DNA of 64,000 nt from Sulfobacillus sp. (GCA_027343765.1 DAHWKG010000098.1:46411-110410); one strand, 5' to 3'; counted from the stretch's first letter, positions 49,918-59,790 are shown. The notes: a model not told the origin generated them from the letters alone. Numbers and translations are program-made.

Positions 49918-50482
49918 GAGTCGTCGGGATGCCATCGTTTCCGCGGCGGCACGTCTTTTTGCCGATAAAGGCTTTCGGGCGACCACGGTTCGTGACATTG
50001 CGGAAGAGGCGGGGGTATTGTCGGGTAGCCTCTACGCTCACATCGAGACTAAAGAGGATTTATATCTCGAAATCGTCCGTCGTGCGGCGGCCGATTTCAG
50101 CAGTGCCGTCGGCCCTTGGGCACGTGAAACCCTCGATCCGATAGACAAGTTAGCCGCCATGATTCGTGCGCATATGGGGGTAATGAGCGCTTCAAAGGCC
50201 TGGGCGCGAGTCTACCTCGATGATGATAGTCAACTGCCCGAAGAGACGCGGATAGCCGCGAGGCAACTTCGCCGGGAATATGAGCGATGGTGGGATCAGG
50301 TGCTCCGAGAGGGCATGGAGCAGGGAATATTTCGCGTGCCGGACGAGACGTTGGCGCGACTTTTCATCTTATCTGCACTCAATGGGATGAGTCGATGGTT
50401 TCGGCCGGAGGGCCGGCTGTCTGCCGAGGAGATCGCCGAGATCTATGTTCTCTTGGTTCGGCGTGTTTTGGGCGTGGGCTAA
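49907..50482 (+). CDS. TetR-family regulator, likely of paa genes
   Basis: AARLF..KGF..TTVRDIA..G...GSLY.H..KE; W.RP.G; adjacent to paaA. Confidence 0.88.
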   Translation: MARKSRRDAIVSAAARLFADKGFRATTVRDIAEEAGVLSGSLYAHIETKEDLYLEIVRRAAADFSSAVGPWARETLDPIDKLAAMIRAHMGVMSASKAWARVYLDDDSQLPEETRIAARQLRREYERWWDQVLREGMEQGIFRVPDETLARLFILSALNGMSRWFRPEGRLSAEEIAEIYVLLVRRVLGVG

Positions 50483-50538
50483 TTGACACCCTGACGCGTG
50501 CGGCATAATCTAAGATTAAGATAAGCAAATGCTTGGTT
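50483..50538 (+). promoter_or_regulatory. paaA promoter with downstream palindromic operator
   Basis: TTGACA (50483), 17 nt, TAATCT; AAGCA-aa-TGCTT inverted repeat at 50523-50534. Confidence 0.6.
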
Positions 50539-50554
50539 TGGGGGAGGGGATATC

Positions 50555-51502
50555 ATGGCAGACGAGGTCATGAGCGATCAGGAAGCCTATTTCCTTGAAC
50601 GGATCGACCGGGGCGACCGCATTGAGGCTGAGGACTGGATGCCTGAGGAATACCGAAACCAACTGGTGCGGCTCATTGCCATGCATGCGGTCAGTGAAAT
50701 CATGGGAGCTTTGCCGGAGAAGGAATGGGTGCCGAGGGCGCCCACTTTGTATCGACGTTTGGCGATTACCGCCAAGGTGCAGGATGAGGTCGGACACGGT
50801 CAACTCTTGATTCGCGTGGCTGAGGATCTCATGCGGCCTTGGGGCAAAAATCGCGAAGATATCATGAGTGACTTGTTTTCGGGGCGCCTCAAATATCATA
50901 ACGTGTTCCACATGGCCACGCCGACCTGGGCTGACGCCGGGATCATCGGCTGGCTGGTTGACGGGGCAGCCGTTATCACCCAAGGGATGTCGTTAACCTG
51001 CTCTTATGCGCCCTACGCGCGGGCCTTGCAACGCATTGTCGAAGAAGAAGGATTCCATATCCAACATGGGGAAAGCATTTGCATGGCATTGGCCGAAGGC
51101 ACGCCTATGCAGCGGGCCATGCTCCAAGACGCGTTGAACCGTTGGTGGCCAGCCCTCTTGATGTTTTTTGGCCCGCCCGAAAAGAGCCAACTGTCGACCA
51201 ATCAATTACGGAACATTCGCTGGCGAATTCGTTCCAAGACGAATGAGGAGCTTCGGCAACGCTTTTTTACCAAATATGTCCACCGCATTTGGTCGTTAGG
51301 TCTCACAATCCCCGATCCCACGTTGCGCCAGGATCCAGAAACCAAGGAATGGACCTACCAGCAGCCGGATTGGAATGAGTTTCGGGCAATTGTCAACAAC
51401 CAGGGTCCCCGGTCGGTTGCCCGGTTGGGGCTTCGCTCCACCACCTATGCGGAAGGCGAGTGGGTTCGAGCCATGATATCCCGCTCGTCTATGGCGGTTT
51501 AG
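50555..51502 (+). CDS. paaA: phenylacetyl-CoA epoxidase subunit A
   Basis: IEAEDWMP..YR, SEIMG, AKVQDEVGH, WLVDGAA, EEGFH, WWP..LM.FGP. Confidence 0.95.
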   Translation: MADEVMSDQEAYFLERIDRGDRIEAEDWMPEEYRNQLVRLIAMHAVSEIMGALPEKEWVPRAPTLYRRLAITAKVQDEVGHGQLLIRVAEDLMRPWGKNREDIMSDLFSGRLKYHNVFHMATPTWADAGIIGWLVDGAAVITQGMSLTCSYAPYARALQRIVEEEGFHIQHGESICMALAEGTPMQRAMLQDALNRWWPALLMFFGPPEKSQLSTNQLRNIRWRIRSKTNEELRQRFFTKYVHRIWSLGLTIPDPTLRQDPETKEWTYQQPDWNEFRAIVNNQGPRSVARLGLRSTTYAEGEWVRAMISRSSMAV

Positions 51503-51516
51503 GAGGTGCAAGAAGG

Positions 51517-51855
51517 ATGGCGCATTTAGACTTTGATGTCTATGAGGTGTTTGCTCAGCCCGACTCCATGAGTCCCCACGTCCATGTCTTCAATGTGCTT
51601 GCCTCCTCGCCGGACATGGCGTTGGCCTTGGCCGAGGAGAATTTTTTCCGCCGTGAGTCCTATACCAACCTGTGGGTGGTGCGACGGGATCATATTCATC
51701 AATTAGGATTTAAGGACCGGGATGGGTTTCAGAAGACGGTTAAGAGCTACCGGACCACCGATGACTACAAGTATTTGCGGGATAAGTGGCGCTATTATCG
51801 GGAGCACCCCATGCGACCCGGGGGAGGTGAAGCCAGTGAACGGGTGGACGACTGA
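51517..51855 (+). CDS. paaB: phenylacetyl-CoA epoxidase subunit B
   Basis: YEVF, H.H, A..A.E.F.RRE..LWVV, K.YR. Confidence 0.88.
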   Translation: MAHLDFDVYEVFAQPDSMSPHVHVFNVLASSPDMALALAEENFFRRESYTNLWVVRRDHIHQLGFKDRDGFQKTVKSYRTTDDYKYLRDKWRYYREHPMRPGGGEASERVDD

Positions 51856-52654
51856 AGAGGTAAAAGAGAGCCCGGAGATTTTGGAGATGCTGGCGGACCT
51901 TTTGTTTCAACTCGCAGACGACGATTTTGTTCTAGGGTATCGGGACCAGGAGTGGTTGGGGCTCGCCCCGCACATTGAAGAAGACGTGGCGTTCGGATCG
52001 ATTGCTCAAGAGCAAATTGGGCACGCGACTTTTTACTACCACCTGCTAGAGAGCTTAGGTGTTGGGCGAGCGGATGACTTAGCCTCCTTGCGACCAGGTG
52101 AGCAGCGCAGGAATGCGGTGCTACTGGAACAGCCCAATGGGGAGAATGGTGACTTTTTGAACCAACCGCACTTCGACTGGGCTTGGACCATCGTGCGGCA
52201 TTATCTTTACGATGTCTGGGATATTGCGCGGCTAAATCTTTTAAAGGAAAGCCGCTTCGTTCCCTTGGCGGAGGCGGCGGAGAAGATTTTAGGAGAAAAA
52301 CGGTACCATCGCGCCCACCAAGAGTTGTGGATTCGGACCATGGCCAAGCACGACACGCTATCCCGTCAAAAACTCCAAAAGGCCCTCGGGGAGGCGTTTG
52401 GTTGGGTTGGAGATTTGGTCTCTTTTGGGCGTTTTCAGGGCCGCTTGGAGGAGCACGGTGTCATCACTAGTGTCGAACCGGCTGTTCGCCGATATTGGGT
52501 TGAGGTTCAAGACTTTCTTCGCAGTGAGGGGTTGATCGTTCCCGAGGTTTCATCGGTGATGAATGGCCGTTTGGGTGAGCACACTGATGCGCTCGGGGAG
52601 GCGCTCGCTCGACTCTCGGAAGTCTATCGGCTCGACCCCAGCGCTTCCTGGTAG
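51836..52654 (+). CDS. paaC: phenylacetyl-CoA epoxidase subunit C
   Basis: LADD..LG.R..EW...AP.IEED.A..I...GHA, EKRYH, GEHT; GTG start behind GGAGGT. Confidence 0.92.
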   Translation: MNGWTTEEVKESPEILEMLADLLFQLADDDFVLGYRDQEWLGLAPHIEEDVAFGSIAQEQIGHATFYYHLLESLGVGRADDLASLRPGEQRRNAVLLEQPNGENGDFLNQPHFDWAWTIVRHYLYDVWDIARLNLLKESRFVPLAEAAEKILGEKRYHRAHQELWIRTMAKHDTLSRQKLQKALGEAFGWVGDLVSFGRFQGRLEEHGVITSVEPAVRRYWVEVQDFLRSEGLIVPEVSSVMNGRLGEHTDALGEALARLSEVYRLDPSASW

Positions 52655-52666
52655 GGGGGAGTTACC

Positions 52667-53125
52667 ATGCTGACAGCGGATGCCGTGACCCGGGAATTGG
52701 AGACGGTTCATGATCCGGAAATTGTGAAAGTGAGCATCGTGGATTTAGGCATGGTGTCGGAGGTTCGCGTATCCGACGGAACCATCCTGATCACGTTAAC
52801 CCCCACGTTTGTGGGGTGTCCCGCGCAGAGCATTATCCAGCGGCTGGCGGAGGAGCGGATCCAAAAGGCGTTCCCGGGGGTTTCTGTCACCGTAGAGATG
52901 AATCTTCGAGACCCTTGGCATACCGACCGGATTACACCGCGCGGACGACAAGGGCTCATTGAGTCGGGAATTGCCCCACCGGGGACCGACTTGAACGACG
53001 TGGCCTGCCCGTTTTGTGGAAGTCGGGAGGCCGTCATGGAAAATCTGTTTGCGTCAACCTCCTGCCGGAGCCTCTATTATTGCCGCGGGTGCCAAAACCC
53101 CTTTGAGGCGTTCAAACCTCTCTAA
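52667..53125 (+). CDS. paaD: phenylacetyl-CoA epoxidase subunit D
   Basis: DPEI..SIVDLG, TPTFVGCPA, W.TD.I, CPFCGS, C..C..PFE.FK. Confidence 0.92.
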   Translation: MLTADAVTRELETVHDPEIVKVSIVDLGMVSEVRVSDGTILITLTPTFVGCPAQSIIQRLAEERIQKAFPGVSVTVEMNLRDPWHTDRITPRGRQGLIESGIAPPGTDLNDVACPFCGSREAVMENLFASTSCRSLYYCRGCQNPFEAFKPL

Positions 53126-53226
53126 GCTTCGACACGTTTTGGCAGTCTTGTCAGAACGTGTCCTTACTTTTTTTGATGCCGTGTAGTAAAGTAAATGCGA
53201 TAACGACGAAGATGGGACGGGGAATC

Positions 53227-54129
53227 GTGACAAATACGGTTGAAGACCTGGCCGTGCGACGCGCGACCATTCAGGATTATGTCGAATTGACCAAGCCTCG
53301 TATTATCGCCATGTTGGTAATTACGGCGTATTGTGCCATGGTGGTGGCTGGTGGTCGACTTCCGTCTCTCGGCATCACGGTGGCGGCACTCTTCGGCTTG
53401 GCTCTCTCGACGGCCGGTGCGCATAGCATCAATATGTGGTACGACCGCGACATTGATCGGGTCATGTCGAGGACCCGCCGGCGTCCATTGGTCACGGGGA
53501 CGATCGCGCCCGGGCGGGCGCTCGTTATGGGGGTCCTCTTGGAAGTGGTCTCGATCATCCTGTTGCTCTGGCGAGTGAACGTGTTAACGGCGATCTGGTC
53601 GACAGCAGGATTCCTCTTTTACGTGTTCATCTATACCTTTTGGTTGAAACGCCGAACCCCACAAAATATTGTCATTGGCGGAGCGGCCGGGGCTTTCCCA
53701 CCTTTGGTTGGCTGGGCAGCGGTCACCGGTCAGGTGAGCTTAGCGGCATGGTTGATGTTTCTCATTATCTTTCTCTGGACCCCTCCGCATTTCTGGGCAT
53801 TAGCCCTTTACAAGCGGGATGATTACCAGCGAGCCGGTGTTCCTATGATGCCGGTGGTTCGCGGGGAACGATCGACCAAATGGCAGAGCATCACCTATGC
53901 GGGGCTCCTCTTGGTGGCCTCGTTGGCTCTCTACTGGACACACGCCGTCGATTGGGTGTATCTGGCCATCGCTCTTGTGATCGGCGTCGGGTTTATGGCT
54001 GTCCACATCCCGCTCTTATCGGAGAAGTTGCCGGACGTACGATGGGCCAAGCGGACATTTCACATGTCGCTCTGGTACATGACAGCCATCTTTTTCGCCA
54101 TGGTAGCTGGGAGCCTCTGGCGGTACTGA
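53227..54129 (+). CDS. ctaB: protoheme IX farnesyltransferase (heme O synthase)
   Basis: LTKPRI, N..YDRDID..M.RT..RP, LKRRT.QN.VIGG, WTPPHFWAL, DY; start may be ATG 53212. Confidence 0.95.
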   Translation: MTNTVEDLAVRRATIQDYVELTKPRIIAMLVITAYCAMVVAGGRLPSLGITVAALFGLALSTAGAHSINMWYDRDIDRVMSRTRRRPLVTGTIAPGRALVMGVLLEVVSIILLLWRVNVLTAIWSTAGFLFYVFIYTFWLKRRTPQNIVIGGAAGAFPPLVGWAAVTGQVSLAAWLMFLIIFLWTPPHFWALALYKRDDYQRAGVPMMPVVRGERSTKWQSITYAGLLLVASLALYWTHAVDWVYLAIALVIGVGFMAVHIPLLSEKLPDVRWAKRTFHMSLWYMTAIFFAMVAGSLWRY

Positions 54130-54150
54130 GCAGAAGAAAGGAGGGATAGG

Positions 54151-54633
54151 ATGCAAATTTGGCCATCACTCAACGAATTTTTTATGATTGTGAGTGCACT
54201 TTTAGTTGCGACCGGATGGGTTTATATCCGTCGGGGGAAAAAAGACACGCATAAGAAACTTATGCTGACGGGCGCGGGGTTTGCCGTGGCGTTTTTCGTG
54301 AGCTATGTCTTGAGAACACTCTTGGTTGGCGATACCACCTTCGCCGGTCCTCATGGCCTTAAAGCACCCTATCAAGTTTTCTTGCAGGCTCATGCGACGC
54401 TCGCCACGGTGGCGGCAGTCTTGGGAATCATCACGATCCGGCGGGCGCTCTTGGGTCGGTTTTCGTTGCACCGTCGGATCGCGCCCTGGACCGCCAGCGT
54501 GTGGCTCGTAGCCGCAGCCTCAGGTCTGGTGGTATTCCTGTTGCTTTATGTCATTTATCCCCCGGGCGTGACCACCAATCTCTTTCGCGCCGTGTCGATG
54601 GGACTTACGGGTAATTTTGGGCTCCGTGGATAG
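54151..54633 (+). CDS. DUF420 (CtaM/YozB-like) oxidase assembly membrane protein
   Basis: G...I..G....H...M, FF.SY, H..LA, HRR; follows ctaB. Confidence 0.8.
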   Translation: MQIWPSLNEFFMIVSALLVATGWVYIRRGKKDTHKKLMLTGAGFAVAFFVSYVLRTLLVGDTTFAGPHGLKAPYQVFLQAHATLATVAAVLGIITIRRALLGRFSLHRRIAPWTASVWLVAAASGLVVFLLLYVIYPPGVTTNLFRAVSMGLTGNFGLRG

Positions 54634-54653
54634 ACTATCCAGGGAGTTGAAAA

Positions 54654-56000
54654 ATGGGATGGAGGGAAGCTATGCGCCCCAACTACCGTTCACTTAGCGT
54701 CTACTTAGTGGGCGTATTCATGGGTTCTCTGGATACGAACGTTCTGGCGCCCGTCTTTCCTCTCATTATGAAGGGCTTTCACATCCCGCTGGGGTGGGCG
54801 GCCTGGACGATTACTGCCTATACTCTTTCCTATATTGCCACCACGGTTCTCGCCGGTGCGTGGGGGGACCGCATCGGGCATAAGCGGCTATTTTTGTGGG
54901 GGATTGTCGCTTTTATGCTGGCTTCGCTATTAGCAGCCTTTTCGCCGACCTTCTGGGTCTTTGTACTGGCGCGAGTGGTTCAGGGCGCCGGCGCGGGATC
55001 GGTGTACCCGAATGCCCAGGCCGAGGGTATCCGGGAGTTTCCTCCCGAACGTCGAGGAATGGCTTTAGGCATGTTTGGCGCAGTTTTTGGCCTCGCCAGC
55101 GTATTGGGACCCACCTTGGGGGGGTTCTTGGGACAATACCTCGGATGGCCGGCGGTCTTTTGGGTCAATGTGCCGATCGCGCTCTTGGTATTAGCGATGA
55201 GTCGTCGCTTGGGCCCGTCGGCGGTTCACGATCGCGCCGTGCCGGATTGGAAGGGCGGCGTGAGTTTTTCTGTCCTGCTGGCCTCGGCGCTCTTAGTAAT
55301 CATGGGTACAGGGTCGTTACGCTGGGCGTTCCTGTTGCTGGCTCTGGCGGCCCTGGCTGTTTTCTTGGTTCGCCAGCGGCGGTCGACATCGCCATTCTTG
55401 GATTCGCGCCCGCTGAAGAATGCCGCTGGGGTGGCAATGCTGGTGGGGGCCTCTTTGATTGGCTTGGATATGTCGGCGGCCGTCTTCGTTCCGACGCTGG
55501 TCCAGCGGCTGCTCCACTTTTCCGTATTGAGTTCGGGATTGGCTTTGCTGCCGGCCGCTTTCAGCGGCGCGGTGTTGTCGGGAGTGGGAGGCGTGCTGGT
55601 AGACCGCGTGGGTCCCCGAAAGCTTCTCGTGGTGGGGCTCTTAGCGGGAGCCATCGGTGGCGTGTTGCTCGCTTGGCCGCCTTTGACCATGACGCGCTTT
55701 GTGGTGGCGATGTTGTTCTTTGGCTTCGGGACCGCTTTTACCATGGGCGCCCCGTTAAATCGCATGGCCTTGGCTCTCTATCGCGATGACCAATCCGGCG
55801 AGGCACTGTCCCTGGTGGCGGTGTTTCGGGGGATTGGGTTGGCCGCCGGGCCAATTTTGCTCACAGCGGCGGAGAGCCTTCACGGGTTCACAGGGATGTT
55901 TGGCGCCGTGACGGTGGCGTCGGTGGCGGGGGTTCTTGCCTTTTTGTTGGTACCAGACCGAAAGCCTGTCAAGGCGAGCCATGTGGTTTCAGAAAACTGA
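54654..56000 (+). CDS. MFS (DHA2-like) transporter
   Basis: D.N.., GAWGDRIGHK, ARVVQGAG, RG.A.G, GPTLGG, W..VFWVNVP. Confidence 0.9.
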   Translation: MGWREAMRPNYRSLSVYLVGVFMGSLDTNVLAPVFPLIMKGFHIPLGWAAWTITAYTLSYIATTVLAGAWGDRIGHKRLFLWGIVAFMLASLLAAFSPTFWVFVLARVVQGAGAGSVYPNAQAEGIREFPPERRGMALGMFGAVFGLASVLGPTLGGFLGQYLGWPAVFWVNVPIALLVLAMSRRLGPSAVHDRAVPDWKGGVSFSVLLASALLVIMGTGSLRWAFLLLALAALAVFLVRQRRSTSPFLDSRPLKNAAGVAMLVGASLIGLDMSAAVFVPTLVQRLLHFSVLSSGLALLPAAFSGAVLSGVGGVLVDRVGPRKLLVVGLLAGAIGGVLLAWPPLTMTRFVVAMLFFGFGTAFTMGAPLNRMALALYRDDQSGEALSLVAVFRGIGLAAGPILLTAAESLHGFTGMFGAVTVASVAGVLAFLLVPDRKPVKASHVVSEN

Positions 56001-56082
56001 CAGAAATTGGATTTGTGCTGGAGGGTAAATCCGTCAAGGGTGGGTGATAATAACGCCACTATCCGAGATGGAGGTGACACAG

Positions 56083-56307
56083 ATGGCACAAGGAAGCAAC
56101 ACCAGCAACCGCGCCCTCGTGCGTGGTGCGGAGCGCGCACTTGACCAATTCAAGTACGAAGTGGCCCGCGAAATTGGACTCCAGGGCATTGAGGATGGCT
56201 ACTGGGGAGACGTTCCCTCGGCGCAGTGCGGCGCCGTGGGAGGTCACATGGTCCGCAAGATGATTGAGATGGCGGAACAGCAGATGGCAGGACGCTCCTC
56301 CCGATAA
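56083..56307 (+). CDS. alpha/beta-type small acid-soluble spore protein
   Basis: ALDQFKYEVAREIG (GPR-type cleavage site), G.V.S..CGAVGG.MVRKMI..AEQ; GGAGGTG RBS. Confidence 0.93.
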   Translation: MAQGSNTSNRALVRGAERALDQFKYEVAREIGLQGIEDGYWGDVPSAQCGAVGGHMVRKMIEMAEQQMAGRSSR

Positions 56308-56329
56308 CTGTTGCACCTGAAGGAACGTC

Positions 56330-56356
56330 AAAAAAGGCCGGAAATCGGCCTTTTTT
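56330..56356. terminator. bidirectional terminator
   Basis: AAAAAAGGCCG-gaaat-CGGCCTTTTTT. Confidence 0.85.
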
Positions 56357-56369
56357 GCGTTGCGCCCAA

Positions 56370-57173
56370 CTAATCGAGATTGCGAGAGAAGAAGGATAAC
56401 GTCTCCGCCCAGGCGTTCCGAGCGGCGTCGACATCGTATGAGGCGCGTGTATCGTTGAAGAAGGCGTGACCAGCCCCCCGGTAGATCTTATAGTCGAAGG
56501 TCTTGCCGAGCTTCTTCATACTGGCCGCTACGCCTGGAACCGCATCGGTCAGGGCATGGTCAGTCTCTCCGTAAAATCCATAGACTGGCGTCTCCAACCG
56601 AGCCATGTCCTCCTCGCTGGGAGCCCGGCCATAGTTGCACACGGCAGCTTTGATACGCCGATCGCGGGTGGCTAGCAAGAAGGAGAGCGCGCCCCCCATA
56701 CAGTAACCGACGCTGACAATGCCTCGGCCATGACTTTCCGCATAGTCCGCCCACACCTTCAGTTGCTTCACATATCCTTCGGTATCCCGGTTCCCGAACA
56801 AGAGGCCCATGGTCTCCCGGACATTTTGGGATTCGGGGGCCGGCAGACGATCGATATATTGGTCACGAATCTCGGCGTTGCCCCAGCCTTCCGGAGGCAT
56901 GGTGTCGAGAAACTTTTTTAAGGCTTGGATGCGAGGAGCCGAAAGCGGCACCGGGGTCTCGCCCAGAGAATAAAGGTCCGGCGCCAGCGCCTGATATCCG
57001 GCCGTCGCAAACCGGTCCGCCATATCCTGAATATGTTCGTCAACACCCCAGATTTCCTGGATCACCAAAACCGTTGGGAGGGGTTTGTCCCCGGCCTGGC
57101 TAGGACGGGCCAAATAGGCGCGCATCGGTTGACCGTCTAGCGTGCCGCTGATCCACTCGGTATTGAGCTTCAT
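56370..57173 (-). CDS. dienelactone hydrolase family protein
   Basis: QEIWG, APDLY, GYCMGG, G..D, AGHAFFND. Confidence 0.9.
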   Translation of the reverse strand: MKLNTEWISGTLDGQPMRAYLARPSQAGDKPLPTVLVIQEIWGVDEHIQDMADRFATAGYQALAPDLYSLGETPVPLSAPRIQALKKFLDTMPPEGWGNAEIRDQYIDRLPAPESQNVRETMGLLFGNRDTEGYVKQLKVWADYAESHGRGIVSVGYCMGGALSFLLATRDRRIKAAVCNYGRAPSEEDMARLETPVYGFYGETDHALTDAVPGVAASMKKLGKTFDYKIYRGAGHAFFNDTRASYDVDAARNAWAETLSFFSRNLD

Positions 57174-57221
57174 GTTTCCACCTCCGCACTTAGTATACTA
57201 AATACTGGTAGTCACACGAAG

Positions 57222-58154
57222 TTAGTCCGCTTGCGCTTCCAGCCAACGTTCCACGTCCATGGCAGCGCGGCACCCGCTGCCAGCTGCGGTAATGGCTTGG
57301 CGGTAGCGGGAGTCGGCCACATCTCCACAGGCAAAGATACCCTCGACGCTGGTGCGGGTGCTGCCTTCCTGGGTGATAATGTAGCCCAACGGATCGGTCG
57401 TCACCTGGCCTTTGAGAAAGGCGGTGTTGGGGCGATGGCCGATGGACACGAAGAGCCCCTCAGTGGGCAAGACTTCTTCTTGGCCCGTTTGGTTGTGCCG
57501 CACTTTAAGGCCGGTGACCCGATTGTTCTCCGACAGCACCTCGACAGGTACAGCGTTCATCAGCCACGAGATTTTCGGGTTCTTTCGCGCACGATCCTGC
57601 ATCACTTTGGAGGCTCTTAGCGTGTCTCGGCGGTGCACGATGGTGACCTCGGAGGCATAACGGGTTAAAAAGGTGGCCTCTTCCATCGCAGAATCGCCGC
57701 CTCCGACGACGATAATGCGCTTGTCTTTGAAGAAAAAGCCGTCGCACGTGGCGCATGTGGAGACGCCGTGGCCCACCATGTTTTGTTCTCCGGGAATCTC
57801 CAGCATTTTGGCGGAGGCGCCGGTGGAAATAATGAGGGCGTCAGCCTCAAAGGTTTGGTTATCATCCACCGTGACCCGAAATGGCCGCTGGCTTAAATCG
57901 GCGGCATTAGCGTTTCCGCGCATGAATCGAGCACCAAAGCGTTCCGCCTGCTTTTTCATCGATTCCATTAAATCAGGTCCTAAAATTCCTTCGGGAAACC
58001 CCGGAAAGTTTTCCACCTCGGTGGTGAGCATGAGTTGGCCGCCGGGCTCCTCCCCCTCAATGACCAACGGGCTTAAATTGGCCCGGGCGGCATAGATGGC
58101 AGCCGTGTATCCGGCAGGGCCGGTACCGAGAATAATCACTTGCTCCTTCATCAT
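57222..58154 (-). CDS. trxB: thioredoxin reductase
   Basis: GTGPAG, GGQL..T.EVENFPG, CATCDG, GGGDSAMEE, HRR, GDV.D..YRQA. Confidence 0.96.
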   Translation of the reverse strand: MMKEQVIILGTGPAGYTAAIYAARANLSPLVIEGEEPGGQLMLTTEVENFPGFPEGILGPDLMESMKKQAERFGARFMRGNANAADLSQRPFRVTVDDNQTFEADALIISTGASAKMLEIPGEQNMVGHGVSTCATCDGFFFKDKRIIVVGGGDSAMEEATFLTRYASEVTIVHRRDTLRASKVMQDRARKNPKISWLMNAVPVEVLSENNRVTGLKVRHNQTGQEEVLPTEGLFVSIGHRPNTAFLKGQVTTDPLGYIITQEGSTRTSVEGIFACGDVADSRYRQAITAAGSGCRAAMDVERWLEAQAD

Positions 58155-58264
58155 TGACCCCTTTCGCGACTGATTCCAGTCGTACCCTAGTATACGTCTT
58201 TTTGCCGTAGCCCCCAAGGCGTCCGATTCGGTACAATGACAGGAGTGTAAAGGAGGGTCGTCTG

Positions 58265-58531
58265 TTGAACGGATTGAAGCAGTTTCTTGCCAACCCGACC
58301 CCATGGAGCCGCCGTAGCATCCGCTGGTTTTATGTGGCGGCATTGCTGACGCTTGTCATGGTGGCTCTGGCGTACGGCTTATTATGGTTTGGCGTGCAAG
58401 GTAAGGTTCCTGCCAGCGTGGCGTGTTTAGGTCAAGCGGTGTCGGTGGTACTCACCGCATTAGCGTTTTGGGGGGCATATCGAGCGCGTCGTCGGGATAT
58501 TGAAGAGAGGGGCGGAAAAAGCCCGGGATGA
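58265..58531 (+). CDS. small two-TM hypothetical protein
   Basis: AAGGAGG RBS, TTG start, two hydrophobic helices. Confidence 0.6.
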   Translation: MNGLKQFLANPTPWSRRSIRWFYVAALLTLVMVALAYGLLWFGVQGKVPASVACLGQAVSVVLTALAFWGAYRARRRDIEERGGKSPG

Positions 58532-58644
58532 GGAGTGGAGTGGTTGTGATGAGATCGATGGCCGCTCGCCGCGGCATTCGCGTGATTGTCGCCGTCCTTG
58601 GGGTCTGGGTGGCGTGGGGACTGGGTTTTCGGGGTATCTTTTAG
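58528..58644 (+). CDS. very small single-TM protein (up to 38 aa), not in ORF track
   Basis: ATGA-coupled, MRSGVVVMRSMAARRGIRVIVAVLGVWVAWGLGFRGIF*, stop abuts next ATG. Confidence 0.5.
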   Translation: MRSGVVVMRSMAARRGIRVIVAVLGVWVAWGLGFRGIF

Positions 58645-59292
58645 ATGACCGAAACGACAATCACGTTGAACGGAACGCTCTTTCAGGTCAAGGTGCAAGA
58701 GAGTCCGCGCCGGCGCACATTGGCCATTGAAATCATCGACGCCCAAACGCTGGTGGTCCGGCTCCCCAAGGGAGGGCAGGTGTCCTGGCGTTCGGAGGTA
58801 GAGCGGCACACCGGTTGGATTCTTCGCCATGCGGCGCGTTTTCGCCGTCTCGCTTCGGAACGGCCGCTTCTCGAAAAGGGTGGCTGGGGTTGGGTTCTGG
58901 GCGAAAAACGGAGCGTCAACGTGGACCCCGACGGGCCGGTCGGCAGCGATCAGGAGGAAATCAGAGCGTGGTACCGTAAGGCGGCCGCAGGATTTCTCCG
59001 GCGGCGCTTGGAGAGGTGGAGCCAGACGCTTCAGATTTCCTACACCCGGATGCGTCTTTCCGACGCGACCGGCCGGTGGGGGTATTGCCGATCGGATGGC
59101 GTCATTGGCCTCAATTGGCGGCTCTATCAAGCCCCCTTGATGGTGATTGACTATGTTGTGGTTCACGAGCTAACCCACCGGCATCATGCCCATCACCAGC
59201 AGGCGTTTTGGGCGGAGCTCTCCCTCCACTACCCTGGGGCGTCCGAGGCGCGCCGTTGGCTCAAAGAATACGGCCCCATGTTAATTTGGTAA
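58645..59292 (+). CDS. YgjP/DUF45 (M48/SprT-like) zinc metalloprotein
   Basis: RWG.C, LNWRL, DYVVVHELTH..H.HH..FW. Confidence 0.88.
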   Translation: MTETTITLNGTLFQVKVQESPRRRTLAIEIIDAQTLVVRLPKGGQVSWRSEVERHTGWILRHAARFRRLASERPLLEKGGWGWVLGEKRSVNVDPDGPVGSDQEEIRAWYRKAAAGFLRRRLERWSQTLQISYTRMRLSDATGRWGYCRSDGVIGLNWRLYQAPLMVIDYVVVHELTHRHHAHHQQAFWAELSLHYPGASEARRWLKEYGPMLIW

Positions 59293-59299
59293 GGTTTAC

Positions 59300-59683
59300 A
59301 TGTTTTTTGGCGGAAGGGACATGCTATTGGCCGGAGGTGTCACTATGCTCGGTATGGCATTGAAGGCGGCTACCCTAATTTTGGGATTAACGTCCATGCA
59401 CGCGACAAGCGTCCATGAGGGGCCGGTTAAAGTTTTGCGGGTGGGGCACAATCGGGTCGAGTTGCCCGTAAAATCGCCCTATGCTACACCCGCCAAACTC
59501 AGTCAAATTGAATCGGCGGCTTTAGGGGCCACAGGCGGGGGGCAAATTGAGGCTGTGACGCCCAGTGTATGGGTGGGAAAGCCGGTTTGGATGTGCACCG
59601 TCTCGGAAGGGGACAATGTCTTTCACGTGATGGTCGACCAGACAACCCTCAAGGCGATTTCGAAAATCCGCGTGCCCCGTTGA
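59300..59683 (+). CDS. secreted PepSY-like domain protein
   Basis: signal-like N-terminus, AAL...GG.I......GKPVW..V......V.VD..T; start uncertain. Confidence 0.55.
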   Translation: MFFGGRDMLLAGGVTMLGMALKAATLILGLTSMHATSVHEGPVKVLRVGHNRVELPVKSPYATPAKLSQIESAALGATGGGQIEAVTPSVWVGKPVWMCTVSEGDNVFHVMVDQTTLKAISKIRVPR

Positions 59684-59790
59684 CCTTTGTCTTCGGGACG
59701 GCCCTGGCCAATGGCTGGGGCCGTTGACCATGTTTGGACCAGCATGAGCTGTCCCCACCGAGGCATATGCTATACTAAAATTACTATGCG

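Noticed and set aside
54896-55789. Long alternative-frame and antisense ORFs (this one, 48802-49599, 30880-31578, 58432-59166 and others)
   Set aside because: Overlap well-supported genes, no motifs or RBS; expected in GC-rich DNA
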